Below, piece by piece: positions 21,960-30,498 of a DNA stretch of 40,000 bases. The stretch comes from Salmonella phage SP1a. The notes beneath the pieces are model-generated. The model was not told the DNA's origin. It was given only the letters and a program-made list of their open reading frames with translations, and made no database searches. Position 1 is the stretch's first letter, and each line of letters begins with the position of its first letter. Both the position numbers and the translations under genes were made by a program. Location of the stretch: sequence record MF774688.1; one strand, written 5' to 3'.

Positions 21960-22157
21960 ATGGCTGATTTCTGCAAACAATGCTCCATTGATATGTGGGG
22001 CAGAGATACTGGTGATCTTTCTGGTTTGATTACAGAAGCTGAGGTCAAAGAAGGTTATGGTGCAGTTGTGATTTGCGAAGGATGCGGAGTTATTCGAGTA
22101 GATCATGAAGGCAAACGTTTAGAAGAACCGAAAAACTTAGGAGAAACAAATGAGTAA
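21960..22157 (+). CDS. Small zinc-ribbon-like protein
   Basis: CKQCSIDMW...CEGCG. Confidence 0.7.
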   Translation: MADFCKQCSIDMWGRDTGDLSGLITEAEVKEGYGAVVICEGCGVIRVDHEGKRLEEPKNLGETNE

Positions 22158-22386
22158 TGCTTTAATTAGTGAAATTATGTTAACACGTCTTGCAGAACTG
22201 CAAACTCTTCGAGATGAATCTCAGAATAACTTAGCCTACCATAAACAAATGGTAGATACTCTTACCACTCGTATTGATACTTACGAGCGTGATATTGCAG
22301 CATTACAAGCTCTTTTCTCTGTATCAGCACCAGATACGTTAGAACAGCCTGCTGTATCTCAGCCAGTAGAAACAGCATCTAGCTAA
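22150..22386 (+). CDS. Hypothetical protein
   Basis: ORF overlapping upstream gene. Confidence 0.7.
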   Translation: MSNALISEIMLTRLAELQTLRDESQNNLAYHKQMVDTLTTRIDTYERDIAALQALFSVSAPDTLEQPAVSQPVETASS

Positions 22387-22395
22387 TAGCATTCT

Positions 22396-22471
22396 TGGGA
22401 TGTAGATCAATTGGCAGATCGTCGGCCTCTGACTCCGAAGGTTCCACGTTCGATCCGTGGCATCCCAGCCA
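22396..22471 (+). tRNA. tRNA-Gln(CUG)
   Basis: TGGGATG/CATCCCA, loop CTCTGAC, GCCA. Confidence 0.9.
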
Positions 22472-22477
22472 AACAAT

Positions 22478-22550
22478 TGGAGAATAGTGTAACGGTTAGC
22501 ACAACGGCCTTTGACTCCGTTAATGGTAGGTTCGATTCCTCCTTCTCCAG
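22478..22550 (+). tRNA. tRNA-Gln(UUG)
   Basis: TGGAGAA acceptor, loop CTTTGAC, GCCA. Confidence 0.9.
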
Positions 22551-22558
22551 CCAAATAA

Positions 22559-22634
22559 TAAGCGGTTAAGCACACGGGTTGTGTCGCAGGCCTTCCAAGC
22601 CTCGCTGAGTAGGGTTCGATTCCCTCTAGCCGCT
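22559..22634 (+). tRNA. tRNA-Gly(UCC)
   Basis: GCGGTTA/TAGCCGC, loop CTTCCAA, CCA. Confidence 0.87.
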
Positions 22635-22653
22635 CCAACTTTAAGGAAACATT

Positions 22654-22905
22654 ATGCACGTTTTTGAGTTTCGTAATAAAAGTACCGATAAACGAGTTAT
22701 TGTTATTGGAGAAACATACCGAGCATACGAACAAACTGACGGCTCTGTTATCCTGAATGATGAGAAAGGAGGTTTTAGCTTTTATCCAGAAGAAACTTAT
22801 GAAGAGTTTCGAAAACAATTTAACCTAGACTGGAGAAAGCATTTAAACACTGTTGCTTCATCTGTAGTATTGCCAACTACCAGTACTGTACTTTCTAATG
22901 GCTGA
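22654..22905 (+). CDS. Hypothetical protein
   Basis: ORF with RBS AAGGAAA. Confidence 0.7.
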   Translation: MHVFEFRNKSTDKRVIVIGETYRAYEQTDGSVILNDEKGGFSFYPEETYEEFRKQFNLDWRKHLNTVASSVVLPTTSTVLSNG

Positions 22906-23062
22906 TAACCTAAAAGTCAAGATCGATAAACAAAAGAAACGTGTAGGAGTAGAGATTGGTGAAGAACGTGTAGCCTTCACCTTTGAATTTCTACAACAAA
23001 TGGCAATGGCGGTTATGACTGATAAGTCTCCTGTTATTGAAAAAGAAATCCCGTTGAAATAA
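22898..23062 (+). CDS. Small ORF (54 aa), absent from supplied track
   Basis: MADNLKVKIDKQKKRVGVEIGEERVAFTFEFLQQMAMAVMTDKSPVIEKEIPLK. Confidence 0.65.
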   Translation: MADNLKVKIDKQKKRVGVEIGEERVAFTFEFLQQMAMAVMTDKSPVIEKEIPLK

Positions 23063-23070
23063 CGGGTTCT

Positions 23071-23154
23071 GCTGGGTTGGCAGAATGGTTGAATGCACCT
23101 GATTTGTAATCAGGAGGAGTAATCCCGTTGCAGGTTCGAATCCTGTGCCCAGCA
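23071..23154 (+). tRNA. tRNA-Thr(UGU) with 15-nt variable arm, CCA not encoded
   Basis: GCTGGGT/GCCCAGC, CCTGA-TTTGTAA-TCAGG, variable AGGA-GTAA-TCC-CGTT. Confidence 0.87.
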
Positions 23155-23174
23155 TACCTAATTGAGAATTAAGT

Positions 23175-23555
23175 ATGGATACAAAAGTATGTAAAATGTG
23201 TAATACTGAGTTTCCATTGACTAAAGAGTACTTTTACCCTAACGGGTATACTCCTAAAGGTACTAAGAAGTGGAAACCAACCTGCAAGGCTTGCGAAAAA
23301 GCAGATAAAGTAGAGTCATATGAAAAGCTGATCTCCGATCTGTTCCCTAACATGGCATGTAATATTTGTGGGTATAACAAGTGTAAAAATGCTTTAGAAT
23401 TTCATCATATAGATTCTCAAGCAAAAGAATATTCTATAGCTAGTTTTAGATATACTCCTAGAAACAAGGAAGTAATGATAGCCGAGCTAAAGAAATGTGT
23501 TTTATTGTGTGCTAATTGTCACAGAGAGGTACATGCTGGTGTAACTAAAATTTAA
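23175..23555 (+). CDS. HNH endonuclease
   Basis: CKVCNTEFP, CNICGYNKCKNALEFHHIDSQ, LLCANCHREVHAG. Confidence 0.88.
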   Translation: MDTKVCKMCNTEFPLTKEYFYPNGYTPKGTKKWKPTCKACEKADKVESYEKLISDLFPNMACNICGYNKCKNALEFHHIDSQAKEYSIASFRYTPRNKEVMIAELKKCVLLCANCHREVHAGVTKI

Positions 23556-23563
23556 AAATTCAT

Positions 23564-23592
23564 TTGCTTTCTCTCTTATTTATTGTTATAAT
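23564..23592 (+). promoter_or_regulatory. Promoter TTGCTT-17-TATAAT
   Basis: Sequence match. Confidence 0.85.
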
Positions 23593-23622
23593 ATTTATAT
23601 AAATTAATGAGAGGGAAGCCAA

Positions 23623-23916
23623 ATGAAACGTTATCTTTCTGTTGTGTTCCAAACTGGTGGTCAACGCTATACCTATGAATTTCCTGGCTCTTGGAAGATC
23701 AAAGAAGGTGATCAAGTAGTAGTGTTAACACCGCGTGAGGGTTTCAAGGTAGTAACGGTTAAGCAAATCTTTCCAAAAGAGCATGAACCAGCTAAAGGCA
23801 TTCGCTATAAGATGATTCATGGTGTAGTTCGTCAAGTACCACGAGCGGAAGTAGAAATCAAAGTAGATAAAGATGGTAGACTTAAATATACCTCTTGCTT
23901 AGATGAGCTGCTATAA
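23623..23916 (+). CDS. Hypothetical protein
   Basis: ORF with promoter and RBS. Confidence 0.75.
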   Translation: MKRYLSVVFQTGGQRYTYEFPGSWKIKEGDQVVVLTPREGFKVVTVKQIFPKEHEPAKGIRYKMIHGVVRQVPRAEVEIKVDKDGRLKYTSCLDELL

Positions 23917-24122
23917 TGAGGATTACTTTCACAGAAAAGATCATGAGTAATGGTGTTATGATCATTACTGCATGGGATGGTAATCAGTGGTGTAGTGTTT
24001 CAGGTATTAAGCCTGAAGAACAAACACTAGAAAATATCTCAAAGATTAAGCGAAGAATGGCAGAACGTGCACGACTTCCAGGTGCACCTAGAAATGGCAA
24101 ACGTTCTGCTGTAAAATGTTAA
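23916..24122 (+). CDS. Hypothetical protein
   Basis: TAATG overlap with upstream gene. Confidence 0.7.
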   Translation: MRITFTEKIMSNGVMIITAWDGNQWCSVSGIKPEEQTLENISKIKRRMAERARLPGAPRNGKRSAVKC

Positions 24123-24123
24123 T

Positions 24124-24201
24124 GCTTCGGTAGCTTAGCGATCTAAAGCACTCGGCTGATAACCGAGAGATCGGGGGTTTAAATCCCCTCCCGGAGTACC
24201 A
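24124..24201 (+). tRNA. tRNA-Ile(GAU)
   Basis: CTCGG-CTGATAA-CCGAG, GGGG-TTTAAAT-CCCC, CCA; D-loop lacks GG. Confidence 0.85.
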
Positions 24202-24219
24202 AATTTAGGAATTAAGACT

Positions 24220-24303
24220 ATGCGTCCAGGAAAGTTTAAAAAAGCTAATTGGTCTAAAGAGTATAAAGAATACTTACTTAGTCTAGTAAAACCTAACAGT
24301 TAG
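24220..24303 (+). CDS. 27-aa ORF ending inside the next tRNA acceptor stem
   Basis: RBS TTAGGA; MRPGKFKKANWSKEYKEYLLSLVKPNS. Confidence 0.5.
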   Translation: MRPGKFKKANWSKEYKEYLLSLVKPNS

Positions 24304-24373
24304 TTGGCAGAGCGGTTATGCACCTCCTTCATACGGAGCGACTACAGTGGTTCAAATCCACTACTAACTACCA
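24298..24373 (+). tRNA. tRNA with CAU anticodon
   Basis: AGTTAGT/ACTAACT, loop TTCATAC, AGTGG-TTCAAAT-CCACT, CCA. Confidence 0.88.
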
Positions 24374-24396
24374 AATTCTAACATCGGGGAGATCTA

Positions 24397-24765
24397 ATGA
24401 AAGCATATCAAAATCTTAAATCTGGCGTAATTAACCTTGTTCATGAAAATCAGATTATTCAGCTATACTCCGACAACGGTGAACTTAAACAGAAAGTTCT
24501 AGTTGAAGATCTAGAAGGTATCACACCACAATTCGATCCCGAAGCCTTCCGTGAAGTCAAAGTGGAAGTTGCCCCTCAAATCGAAGGTGGTCAGCACCTA
24601 AATGTCAATGTGTTAAGCCGTGATCAGCTTTTGGATGCGCAGAAACATCCTGAAAAATATCCTCAGTTGACCATCCGTGTCTCTGGCTACGCTGTTCGAT
24701 TTAACGCACTGACTCGTGAACAACAGAACGACGTTATTAGTCGTACATTTACTCAGGCGATGTAA
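24397..24765 (+). CDS. Hypothetical protein
   Basis: ORF with RBS GGGAG. Confidence 0.75.
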   Translation: MKAYQNLKSGVINLVHENQIIQLYSDNGELKQKVLVEDLEGITPQFDPEAFREVKVEVAPQIEGGQHLNVNVLSRDQLLDAQKHPEKYPQLTIRVSGYAVRFNALTREQQNDVISRTFTQAM

Positions 24766-24926
24766 TGGGGTTTGGATACGATTTCTCCCAGCTACACAAG
24801 GTAGTCGAGCAAACTCCGTTTATCTCCCAAGTTTTAGGAGAAATGTGTGGATCGAGCATTAAGACGCCATCACCGGCAACGTGTGAAGAACAACCGCAAG
24901 AAGTATTGGACAGTCTTTCCACATGA
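24765..24926 (+). CDS. Small ORF (53 aa), absent from supplied track
   Basis: TAATG overlap; [53 protein letters not shown]. Confidence 0.5.
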   Translation: MGFGYDFSQLHKVVEQTPFISQVLGEMCGSSIKTPSPATCEEQPQEVLDSLST

Positions 24927-25152
24927 AGAAAGCCCTAAGCGGTTAGGTATTATCACTACTACTCCTTGCATCTGTTCTTGTTGGATGTGTGGGAACCCTC
25001 GCAAGTATTATAAGAATAGTAAAGCAGGCATGAAAACCTCGGAGATCCGGAAAATGGAAGCGATGATTGCGGACATCACCTATACTGGTGGTATTTCAAA
25101 TGATGAATTTGATGGCTTTGTAGCGTTCGAAGATGAACGCCCCGATCTGTAA
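24847..25152 (+). CDS. Hypothetical protein with Cys pair (CICSCWMCG), GTG start as listed
   Basis: ORF; exact start uncertain because it overlaps the 24765 ORF. Confidence 0.6.
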   Translation: MDRALRRHHRQRVKNNRKKYWTVFPHEESPKRLGIITTTPCICSCWMCGNPRKYYKNSKAGMKTSEIRKMEAMIADITYTGGISNDEFDGFVAFEDERPDL

Positions 25153-25160
25153 TTAATAAC

Positions 25161-25197
25161 AAACCCCAGCTATTGAATAAGTAGTCTGGGGTTTTTC
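25161..25197 (+). terminator. Intrinsic terminator
   Basis: AACCCCAG...CTGGGGTTTTT. Confidence 0.85.
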
Positions 25198-25273
25198 TGT
25201 ATAAAGGTACATAATATATGTATAATAAAATTCATCCACATTAGGTTAATTTAAAAGACTTAATGGAGGTAAT

Positions 25274-25621
25274 ATGAGCCGTACTTATCGTAAACAATCT
25301 GGTGATCAGTGGTGGAAATCTAAAGAACAATTCTCCCAAGAATATTCTTTCCTCAAAGAAAATGGCTACTGGATTCGTGTTATTTATGCCAAATCCTGGG
25401 ATGACATCAAAAAAGAAATGAAGGAAGCAACCATTCGTAATGAGAAAAAGGATGGTTATAACTGGAATTCTATTAGTAAGAATGTTAAGTGGCATTCTAA
25501 TAAGATGGTTCGTCAAGGGAATCGTCAAGAACTCCACCGCGTGATGAAAGATCCAGAAAATTATGATTATAATCGCGATCATGACCTACGTAAGCGTGGG
25601 TTATGGTGGGCATATGATTGA
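25274..25621 (+). CDS. Hypothetical protein
   Basis: ORF with RBS GGAGG. Confidence 0.75.
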   Translation: MSRTYRKQSGDQWWKSKEQFSQEYSFLKENGYWIRVIYAKSWDDIKKEMKEATIRNEKKDGYNWNSISKNVKWHSNKMVRQGNRQELHRVMKDPENYDYNRDHDLRKRGLWWAYD

Positions 25622-26135
25622 GAACAAAATGGAAGAATGGAAAATCATCGAGAATTTTCCATCTTATGAGGTTTCTAGCTTAGGTAGGGTTAGAAACTTA
25701 AAAACAGGAAAAATCCGAAAACCAGTAGTCCATCACAGTGGATACTTACAACTAAACCTAGTAAAGGAAGATGGGTCTAAAAAGACTGTGTATATCCATA
25801 GGGTAGTGGCCTTTGCTTTCTGCAATCCTCCTAAAAACTGGAAAGAATTAACTGTCAATCATAAAGATGGAAATAAGGAAAATGTAGAGGCTACTAACCT
25901 AGAGTGGATTAGTATGTCAGATAATTTAAAACACGCAAGACTTACGGGTTTAAATCCTATAGAGGGTGAAATGAACGGTAGGGCTTTATTAACAGCAGAA
26001 CAGGTTCTTTGGATACGGAATGTTTATATACCCAGGGACAAGGAATTTGGGCAGAAAGCCCTTGCAGAAAAATTCAATGTTAGCAAAGCCACTATAAGCC
26101 ATATAATAACACGTAGGACTTGGACAGAAATTTAA
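25617..26135 (+). CDS. NUMOD4 + HNH homing endonuclease; start revised
   Basis: EWKIIENFPSYEVSSLGRVRNLKTG; VAFAFCNPP...VNHKDGNKENVEATNLEWIS. Confidence 0.92.
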   Translation: MENKMEEWKIIENFPSYEVSSLGRVRNLKTGKIRKPVVHHSGYLQLNLVKEDGSKKTVYIHRVVAFAFCNPPKNWKELTVNHKDGNKENVEATNLEWISMSDNLKHARLTGLNPIEGEMNGRALLTAEQVLWIRNVYIPRDKEFGQKALAEKFNVSKATISHIITRRTWTEI

Positions 26136-26142
26136 ATAATTC

Positions 26143-26171
26143 ATTTGCTAAACCTCTCTTTTCTTGCTATA
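26143..26171 (+). promoter_or_regulatory. Promoter TTGCTA-17-TATAAT
   Basis: Sequence match. Confidence 0.85.
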
Positions 26172-26203
26172 ATATGTTTATAAATTGATGAGAGAGGTTT
26201 GAA

Positions 26204-26485
26204 ATGAAAACTCGTCTAGACTGTGCTGTTCATGTTCTTGAACATGATGTTGCGGGAACCTGCATGTCTTACCACGAAGCAGGTCGTTTAATTAAAGAAC
26301 GTGTGGCGGATGTGTGCGGATTGAAAATTACTGCTGAGGAAGCTGACGATCTTTTAGGTCAAGCACTGGAGAAAACCGAAATGTTCCTCTGCGATTCTTG
26401 TTCTTGGTGGTGTGAAGCTCACGAACGTTCTTTCAACGATTATGATGTATGTCGTGATTGTAGTGGGGAGGATGATGATGAATAA
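26204..26485 (+). CDS. Zinc-finger-like protein
   Basis: CDSCSWWCEAHERSFNDYDVCRDCSG. Confidence 0.75.
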   Translation: MKTRLDCAVHVLEHDVAGTCMSYHEAGRLIKERVADVCGLKITAEEADDLLGQALEKTEMFLCDSCSWWCEAHERSFNDYDVCRDCSGEDDDE

Positions 26486-26777
26486 GTTTATTATTGCACT
26501 GATGATCTCCGCAGTTAGTTTCGGTTCTCTGGCATCTACCAAAGTTTTTATGAAAAATGGGAATGTTAGGGTACAACAGAATGGCATCATTACCGAGTAT
26601 GGTAAAGTTCGTGATGTTAAGGAACGTAATGGCAAAGTAGAGATATATACTAACAAAAACTTCTCTACTCCAGCTGTTACTATTAGCAAACGCGGTGAAA
26701 TAACCACTCAACGTACTAATAGCCCCAGTTCTTTTACTTGTCGTTATGATTGCGACTTTGAAGGTGAAGATGAATAA
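26472..26777 (+). CDS. Small exported protein; start within listed ORF is approximate
   Basis: MMNKFIIALMISAVSFGSLAS signal peptide. Confidence 0.65.
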   Translation: MMMNKFIIALMISAVSFGSLASTKVFMKNGNVRVQQNGIITEYGKVRDVKERNGKVEIYTNKNFSTPAVTISKRGEITTQRTNSPSSFTCRYDCDFEGEDE

Positions 26778-27165
26778 TTTAGACCCTAGAATTAAATTTG
26801 CAATTACAGAAATCCAAGATCAAATTGATGAGGATTTCACTGTTTGGTCAAGGTCTGGTAATGGAGAATATTGCCAGCTTTATAGTATGAAAATGGGTAT
26901 CTCAATTGAGCTTAATATCAACTCTGAAGGTAGAGTAGAAGCCCAACCCATGTTCAGTGTTCCAGGCTTCTCTGGATTTGTTGCAGGTATAAAATTGTGT
27001 CTACCAAATAACCATCTTCATCGAGTTATTTGTCAGTTAGAGACTATTAAGCATTTCTTGCCAGAAGGTAACATTAATGACTACTACCATGAAGTTGTAG
27101 CAGATCATATGATGAAAGAAAGTAAACGTAGGAGAGAAGAACGTGAAAAGACTAAACATCAATAG
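26773..27165 (+). CDS. Hypothetical protein; start revised to MNNLDPR
   Basis: ATG AAT AAT TTA overlapping the upstream stop. Confidence 0.65.
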   Translation, partial: NNLDPRIKFAITEIQDQIDEDFTVWSRSGNGEYCQLYSMKMGISIELNINSEGRVEAQPMFSVPGFSGFVAGIKLCLPNNHLHRVICQLETIKHFLPEGNINDYYHEVVADHMMKESKRRREEREKTKHQ

Positions 27166-27439
27166 CACAGTGCAGATTCCAGCAACTAAGGATGTTTTAA
27201 CATTCCTACGTAGTGAGAATACCCAGTTTTGGCATGACTATATTCAGGAAAATAAAAATAATCCAGATGTAGTTGCCTTTGCTAAAAAACGTATCGAGGA
27301 GTATAAAGATCCAGAGATTAAAGATGGGATGATTACCATGCAGTTATGGGTAGCTATGAAAACCTTTGGACCCACTATGAGTCTAGGATTTACTCCATTG
27401 TTTACTAATATTCTAATTAATGAAAAGGATCTGAAATGA
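27143..27439 (+). CDS. Hypothetical protein
   Basis: ORF. Confidence 0.7.
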   Translation: MKRLNINSTVQIPATKDVLTFLRSENTQFWHDYIQENKNNPDVVAFAKKRIEEYKDPEIKDGMITMQLWVAMKTFGPTMSLGFTPLFTNILINEKDLK

Positions 27440-27720
27440 TTATCTCTCCATTTGCTCTTTGGTTCGTCATTGGATCTGTGGTTGCTATTTACAGCTTAGT
27501 TGATGATCTGTATATTTCTAAGAATAAAGATGTAATATTATACGTTATACATAAAACTCGACCGTTAGATCTGCCACCTCTTGATGATAAAACATTACTC
27601 AGATGTGCTAGATCTATGATATTTATTGTGGATATTCTTCTAGGCCCAACATCTGTGTTTTTCTTTTATAGAAAAACTCGTAATATGAAAAAGTTTAAAG
27701 CTGAAATGCAGAATACTTAA
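27436..27720 (+). CDS. Membrane protein
   Basis: Two hydrophobic segments. Confidence 0.7.
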   Translation: MIISPFALWFVIGSVVAIYSLVDDLYISKNKDVILYVIHKTRPLDLPPLDDKTLLRCARSMIFIVDILLGPTSVFFFYRKTRNMKKFKAEMQNT

Positions 27721-27828
27721 AGAACTCGCGTAGGACCGAGTTGCGTCACCTGCAACTGTTACGGATAAGGGAGTCGTGCCCCTTAGTGCGGTAAGTGGTG
27801 AGGTGGCTGCTAGCCCTAACTGGAGATA

Positions 27829-28175
27829 ATATGACTATATTACTAATTCTTGTTGCAACTTGGTTTTTAATCGGTGCTGGATATGCGATAGCTATTATTA
27901 GACATTTGGACGAACATTCTGCTGAATGGTTTGTTAAATATCTGCGTATTGATGATCAAGAACAGAAGTTTAAAGATGAAAAGCAGAAAAAAGCAGTAAA
28001 TAATATGACAGGCAAAGAATGTTTATTCTACATGCGTATTGTAGGATTCTTTGGGTTATTAATTGCTGGCCCAATTGGTTCTACTATTGCTCCGTACAAA
28101 GAAACAGTTGCTGACATCAAATTATGGAGAAATGCAGGGGTACTACGCAAAGCTAGAGAAACTAATATCACATAA
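27829..28175 (+). CDS. Membrane protein; start revised to MTILLILVATW
   Basis: GGAGATAAT-ATG. Confidence 0.7.
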
Positions 28176-28213
28176 GATTGACACTAAGTCAACTTACTAG
28201 CAAAAGCAAATAA

Positions 28214-28254
28214 TGACAAAGCCCAGCCTGCACTTTTGCGACTGGGCTATTTTT
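28214..28254 (+). terminator. Intrinsic terminator
   Basis: AGCCCAG...CTGGGCTATTTTTG. Confidence 0.85.
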
Positions 28255-28269
28255 GTAATAAAATTTTAG

Positions 28270-28298
28270 TTGCTTAGATTCCCAAACTTTTGTATAAT
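28270..28298 (+). promoter_or_regulatory. Promoter TTGCTT-17-TATAAT
   Basis: Sequence match. Confidence 0.85.
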
Positions 28299-28329
28299 AT
28301 GTTTATAGATTGAGGCAAGAGGATTAAAT

Positions 28330-29010
28330 ATGAGGATCATTTCTAAATTCGCCGATGTGTATGATTTGCAGAACAGTTTGTTCGACCCAGATCGTGTGTG
28401 GGAACGTAAAACTGAAGAGCTAACAATAAAGGCTCCAGATGATGGAAACTACATGATTATGCAAGAACGTATAATTGCTCGTGTTGGTGAAAAGAACGGC
28501 TACTTTAAAATTCTACCGTTTTTCCTAGCAGGAGAGATTTACTGGATGTACCATATTGATGTATTGGATACTCAAGTAAAAACTTTCAACCTAGACAAAG
28601 CATTAGAAGTTCTGAAAGAGAATGGATGGTCAACGGGGTTTTCTCTGCTAGATATAAATAGGGGGAAGCCAAAAGAATCTATCCTATCCTGGCAAGAGGA
28701 AGTTACCTCTAAAGCTGAAGAAGCCTTAGCTGAGTTAAGAGTACCCTTAGCGGTTCTAGACTCAGTAGTTCCAAATGATAAAGATAGTAATAAGTATTTC
28801 AAGGCTATAACTAACCCACGCCTACATCTATCAGGTATTCCGTGGCAGGAAGTTGAAAGCAACTTATACCGATTACACCAGATGATCGAGCAATATATCT
28901 GGGGCGTGTTAGGAACCGGTGAACCAAATACTATTACGATTTCAGATAAGGATCGCTTAGCTGCACATGGATTTGATACTGTTACTTCTTTTAGGAATAT
29001 GAAAAGATGA
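28330..29010 (+). CDS. Hypothetical protein
   Basis: ORF with promoter and RBS. Confidence 0.75.
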   Translation: MRIISKFADVYDLQNSLFDPDRVWERKTEELTIKAPDDGNYMIMQERIIARVGEKNGYFKILPFFLAGEIYWMYHIDVLDTQVKTFNLDKALEVLKENGWSTGFSLLDINRGKPKESILSWQEEVTSKAEEALAELRVPLAVLDSVVPNDKDSNKYFKAITNPRLHLSGIPWQEVESNLYRLHQMIEQYIWGVLGTGEPNTITISDKDRLAAHGFDTVTSFRNMKR

Positions 29011-29450
29011 TAAAAAACTTTATTAGTTCCTTGTGGCAAGGTAAGTGGTATATCCTGGGGGCAGGTCTAGCGATAGGCATCGGGTTCAGTGCTTATCACT
29101 TAGTAGATAAAGTGGAGACTTTAGCGGGAGATCTTGCAGTAGCGACTAAAAAGATCTCTTCTCTAGAGACTTCCCTTAATAAGGTGAAAGCTGAAAGCGA
29201 ACTTCGTGAGACTCGAATGAATCAGTATTTCACAATGAATAATATTTCACAAGCAGATCTAGACAAAAAGATCAAGCAGTTAGATAAAGCACTTAGTCGC
29301 CAAGATATTATAGCTGCAAAGCCTGGGTTGGTAACATTAATTGCTAAAAAGCAGAATAAAGAGTTCGAGGAAAGATTAGCGTGTTTAACTGGAAACTTGG
29401 AATACTGCTCGCAGCCGCAATCACAATCACAGGCTGTGCAGAAGAAATAA
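29007..29450 (+). CDS. Inner-membrane spanin-like (Rz-like) protein
   Basis: N-terminal TM followed by coiled-coil periplasmic domain. Confidence 0.7.
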   Translation: MIKNFISSLWQGKWYILGAGLAIGIGFSAYHLVDKVETLAGDLAVATKKISSLETSLNKVKAESELRETRMNQYFTMNNISQADLDKKIKQLDKALSRQDIIAAKPGLVTLIAKKQNKEFEERLACLTGNLEYCSQPQSQSQAVQKK

Positions 29451-29734
29451 AACCAGAGCCATCTCATGAGTTAAAGCAAGCTCATGTAGACTGGCCTAAA
29501 GGACTTCAACCTTGTAGCTTTGACTTTAAATTTGAAAAGAAATTAGCTACAAATGGAGAAGATGGCGTAGTAGTTGTTGTACCATATAAAGATTGGAATG
29601 CAAAAGCAAAATGTGAGGAAGCAGTTTACTCTTACATTTCACGACTGACTGGTATGGTTTGCTTCTATCGCCAAGATTTACAAGAAAAACGTTGCTTAGT
29701 TTACTATCCACCAATTAACAATAGGAAAGATTAA
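29381..29734 (+). CDS. Outer-membrane lipoprotein, o-spanin-like (Rz1-like)
   Basis: MFNWKLGILLAAAITITGCAEE lipobox; out-of-frame overlap with upstream TM gene. Confidence 0.7.
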   Translation: MFNWKLGILLAAAITITGCAEEIKPEPSHELKQAHVDWPKGLQPCSFDFKFEKKLATNGEDGVVVVVPYKDWNAKAKCEEAVYSYISRLTGMVCFYRQDLQEKRCLVYYPPINNRKD

Positions 29735-30486
29735 TGTCAGTATTAGTCGGTTTACATGGTGAAGCTGGTTCGGGAAAAGATACCGTTGCAAAATTAATTA
29801 TCGATTGGTGTAATGACACGTATCCAACGTGTTTAACCCGTCGGTACAGTTTTGCTAAGCCTGTTTATGAACTTGCATCCGTAATCCTCGGTGTAACTCC
29901 AGAGTTTCTAGGAGAGCGCAGGGGAAAAGAGGTTGACCAATGGTTTACGGTCACACAATCTCAATTGGAGCGAGCCAGAGATGTATGGTTTAAGTACGGT
30001 ATCGATAAGTTTGAAGACTTCTCGTACGTTTGGCCTATTTTTGAGGAAAAATACCTTAATCCTCAACAACTTATCTCAGAGAATAAAGAAGATGGTCTTT
30101 ATAGTTTATTTATTTCTCCGAGAAAAATGTTACAGCTCGTAGGAACAGAGCTAGGAAGGCAGCTGGTGCATGAACGCATTTGGCTCATAATTCTGGAGCA
30201 ATCCATCGCTAAAGACGACCCAGACGTCGCCGTAATAACAGATGTTAGATTCCCCAACGAAGGAGAGCTACTCAGAGAAACAAATCATTTAGATATGGAT
30301 TCTTTGATAGTAAATGTAGTACCCGCTGAGCAGAAGTTCACTATTAAATCAGATCATCCATCTGAAAGTGGTATTCCTGCAAAATATATTACTCACGAAT
30401 TAGTTAATAAATTCGATGGTATCAATAACCTTAAACTAGAAGTTTATAACTTCTGTGACTTAGAGCTAGAACCACTAGTTGGATAA
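29734..30486 (+). CDS. dmp: Deoxynucleoside monophosphate kinase
   Basis: VGLHGEAGSGKDTVAKLI P-loop, GTELGRQL, VITDVRFPNE. Confidence 0.88.
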   Translation: MSVLVGLHGEAGSGKDTVAKLIIDWCNDTYPTCLTRRYSFAKPVYELASVILGVTPEFLGERRGKEVDQWFTVTQSQLERARDVWFKYGIDKFEDFSYVWPIFEEKYLNPQQLISENKEDGLYSLFISPRKMLQLVGTELGRQLVHERIWLIILEQSIAKDDPDVAVITDVRFPNEGELLRETNHLDMDSLIVNVVPAEQKFTIKSDHPSESGIPAKYITHELVNKFDGINNLKLEVYNFCDLELEPLVG

Positions 30487-30498
30487 TCAAGGATCGCT

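Noticed and set aside
22339-22818. Minus-strand 159-aa ORF with GIEPYSARLGRPATQ and DRTWNLRSQRPTICQ
   Set aside because: Reads antisense through tRNA-Gln, tRNA-Gln and tRNA-Gly; long only because tRNA complement lacks stops.
24124-24373. tRNA-Ile(GAU) and tRNA-CAU as pseudogenes
   Set aside because: Stem pairing and encoded CCA are intact, so kept as tRNAs despite elbow irregularities in the Ile gene.
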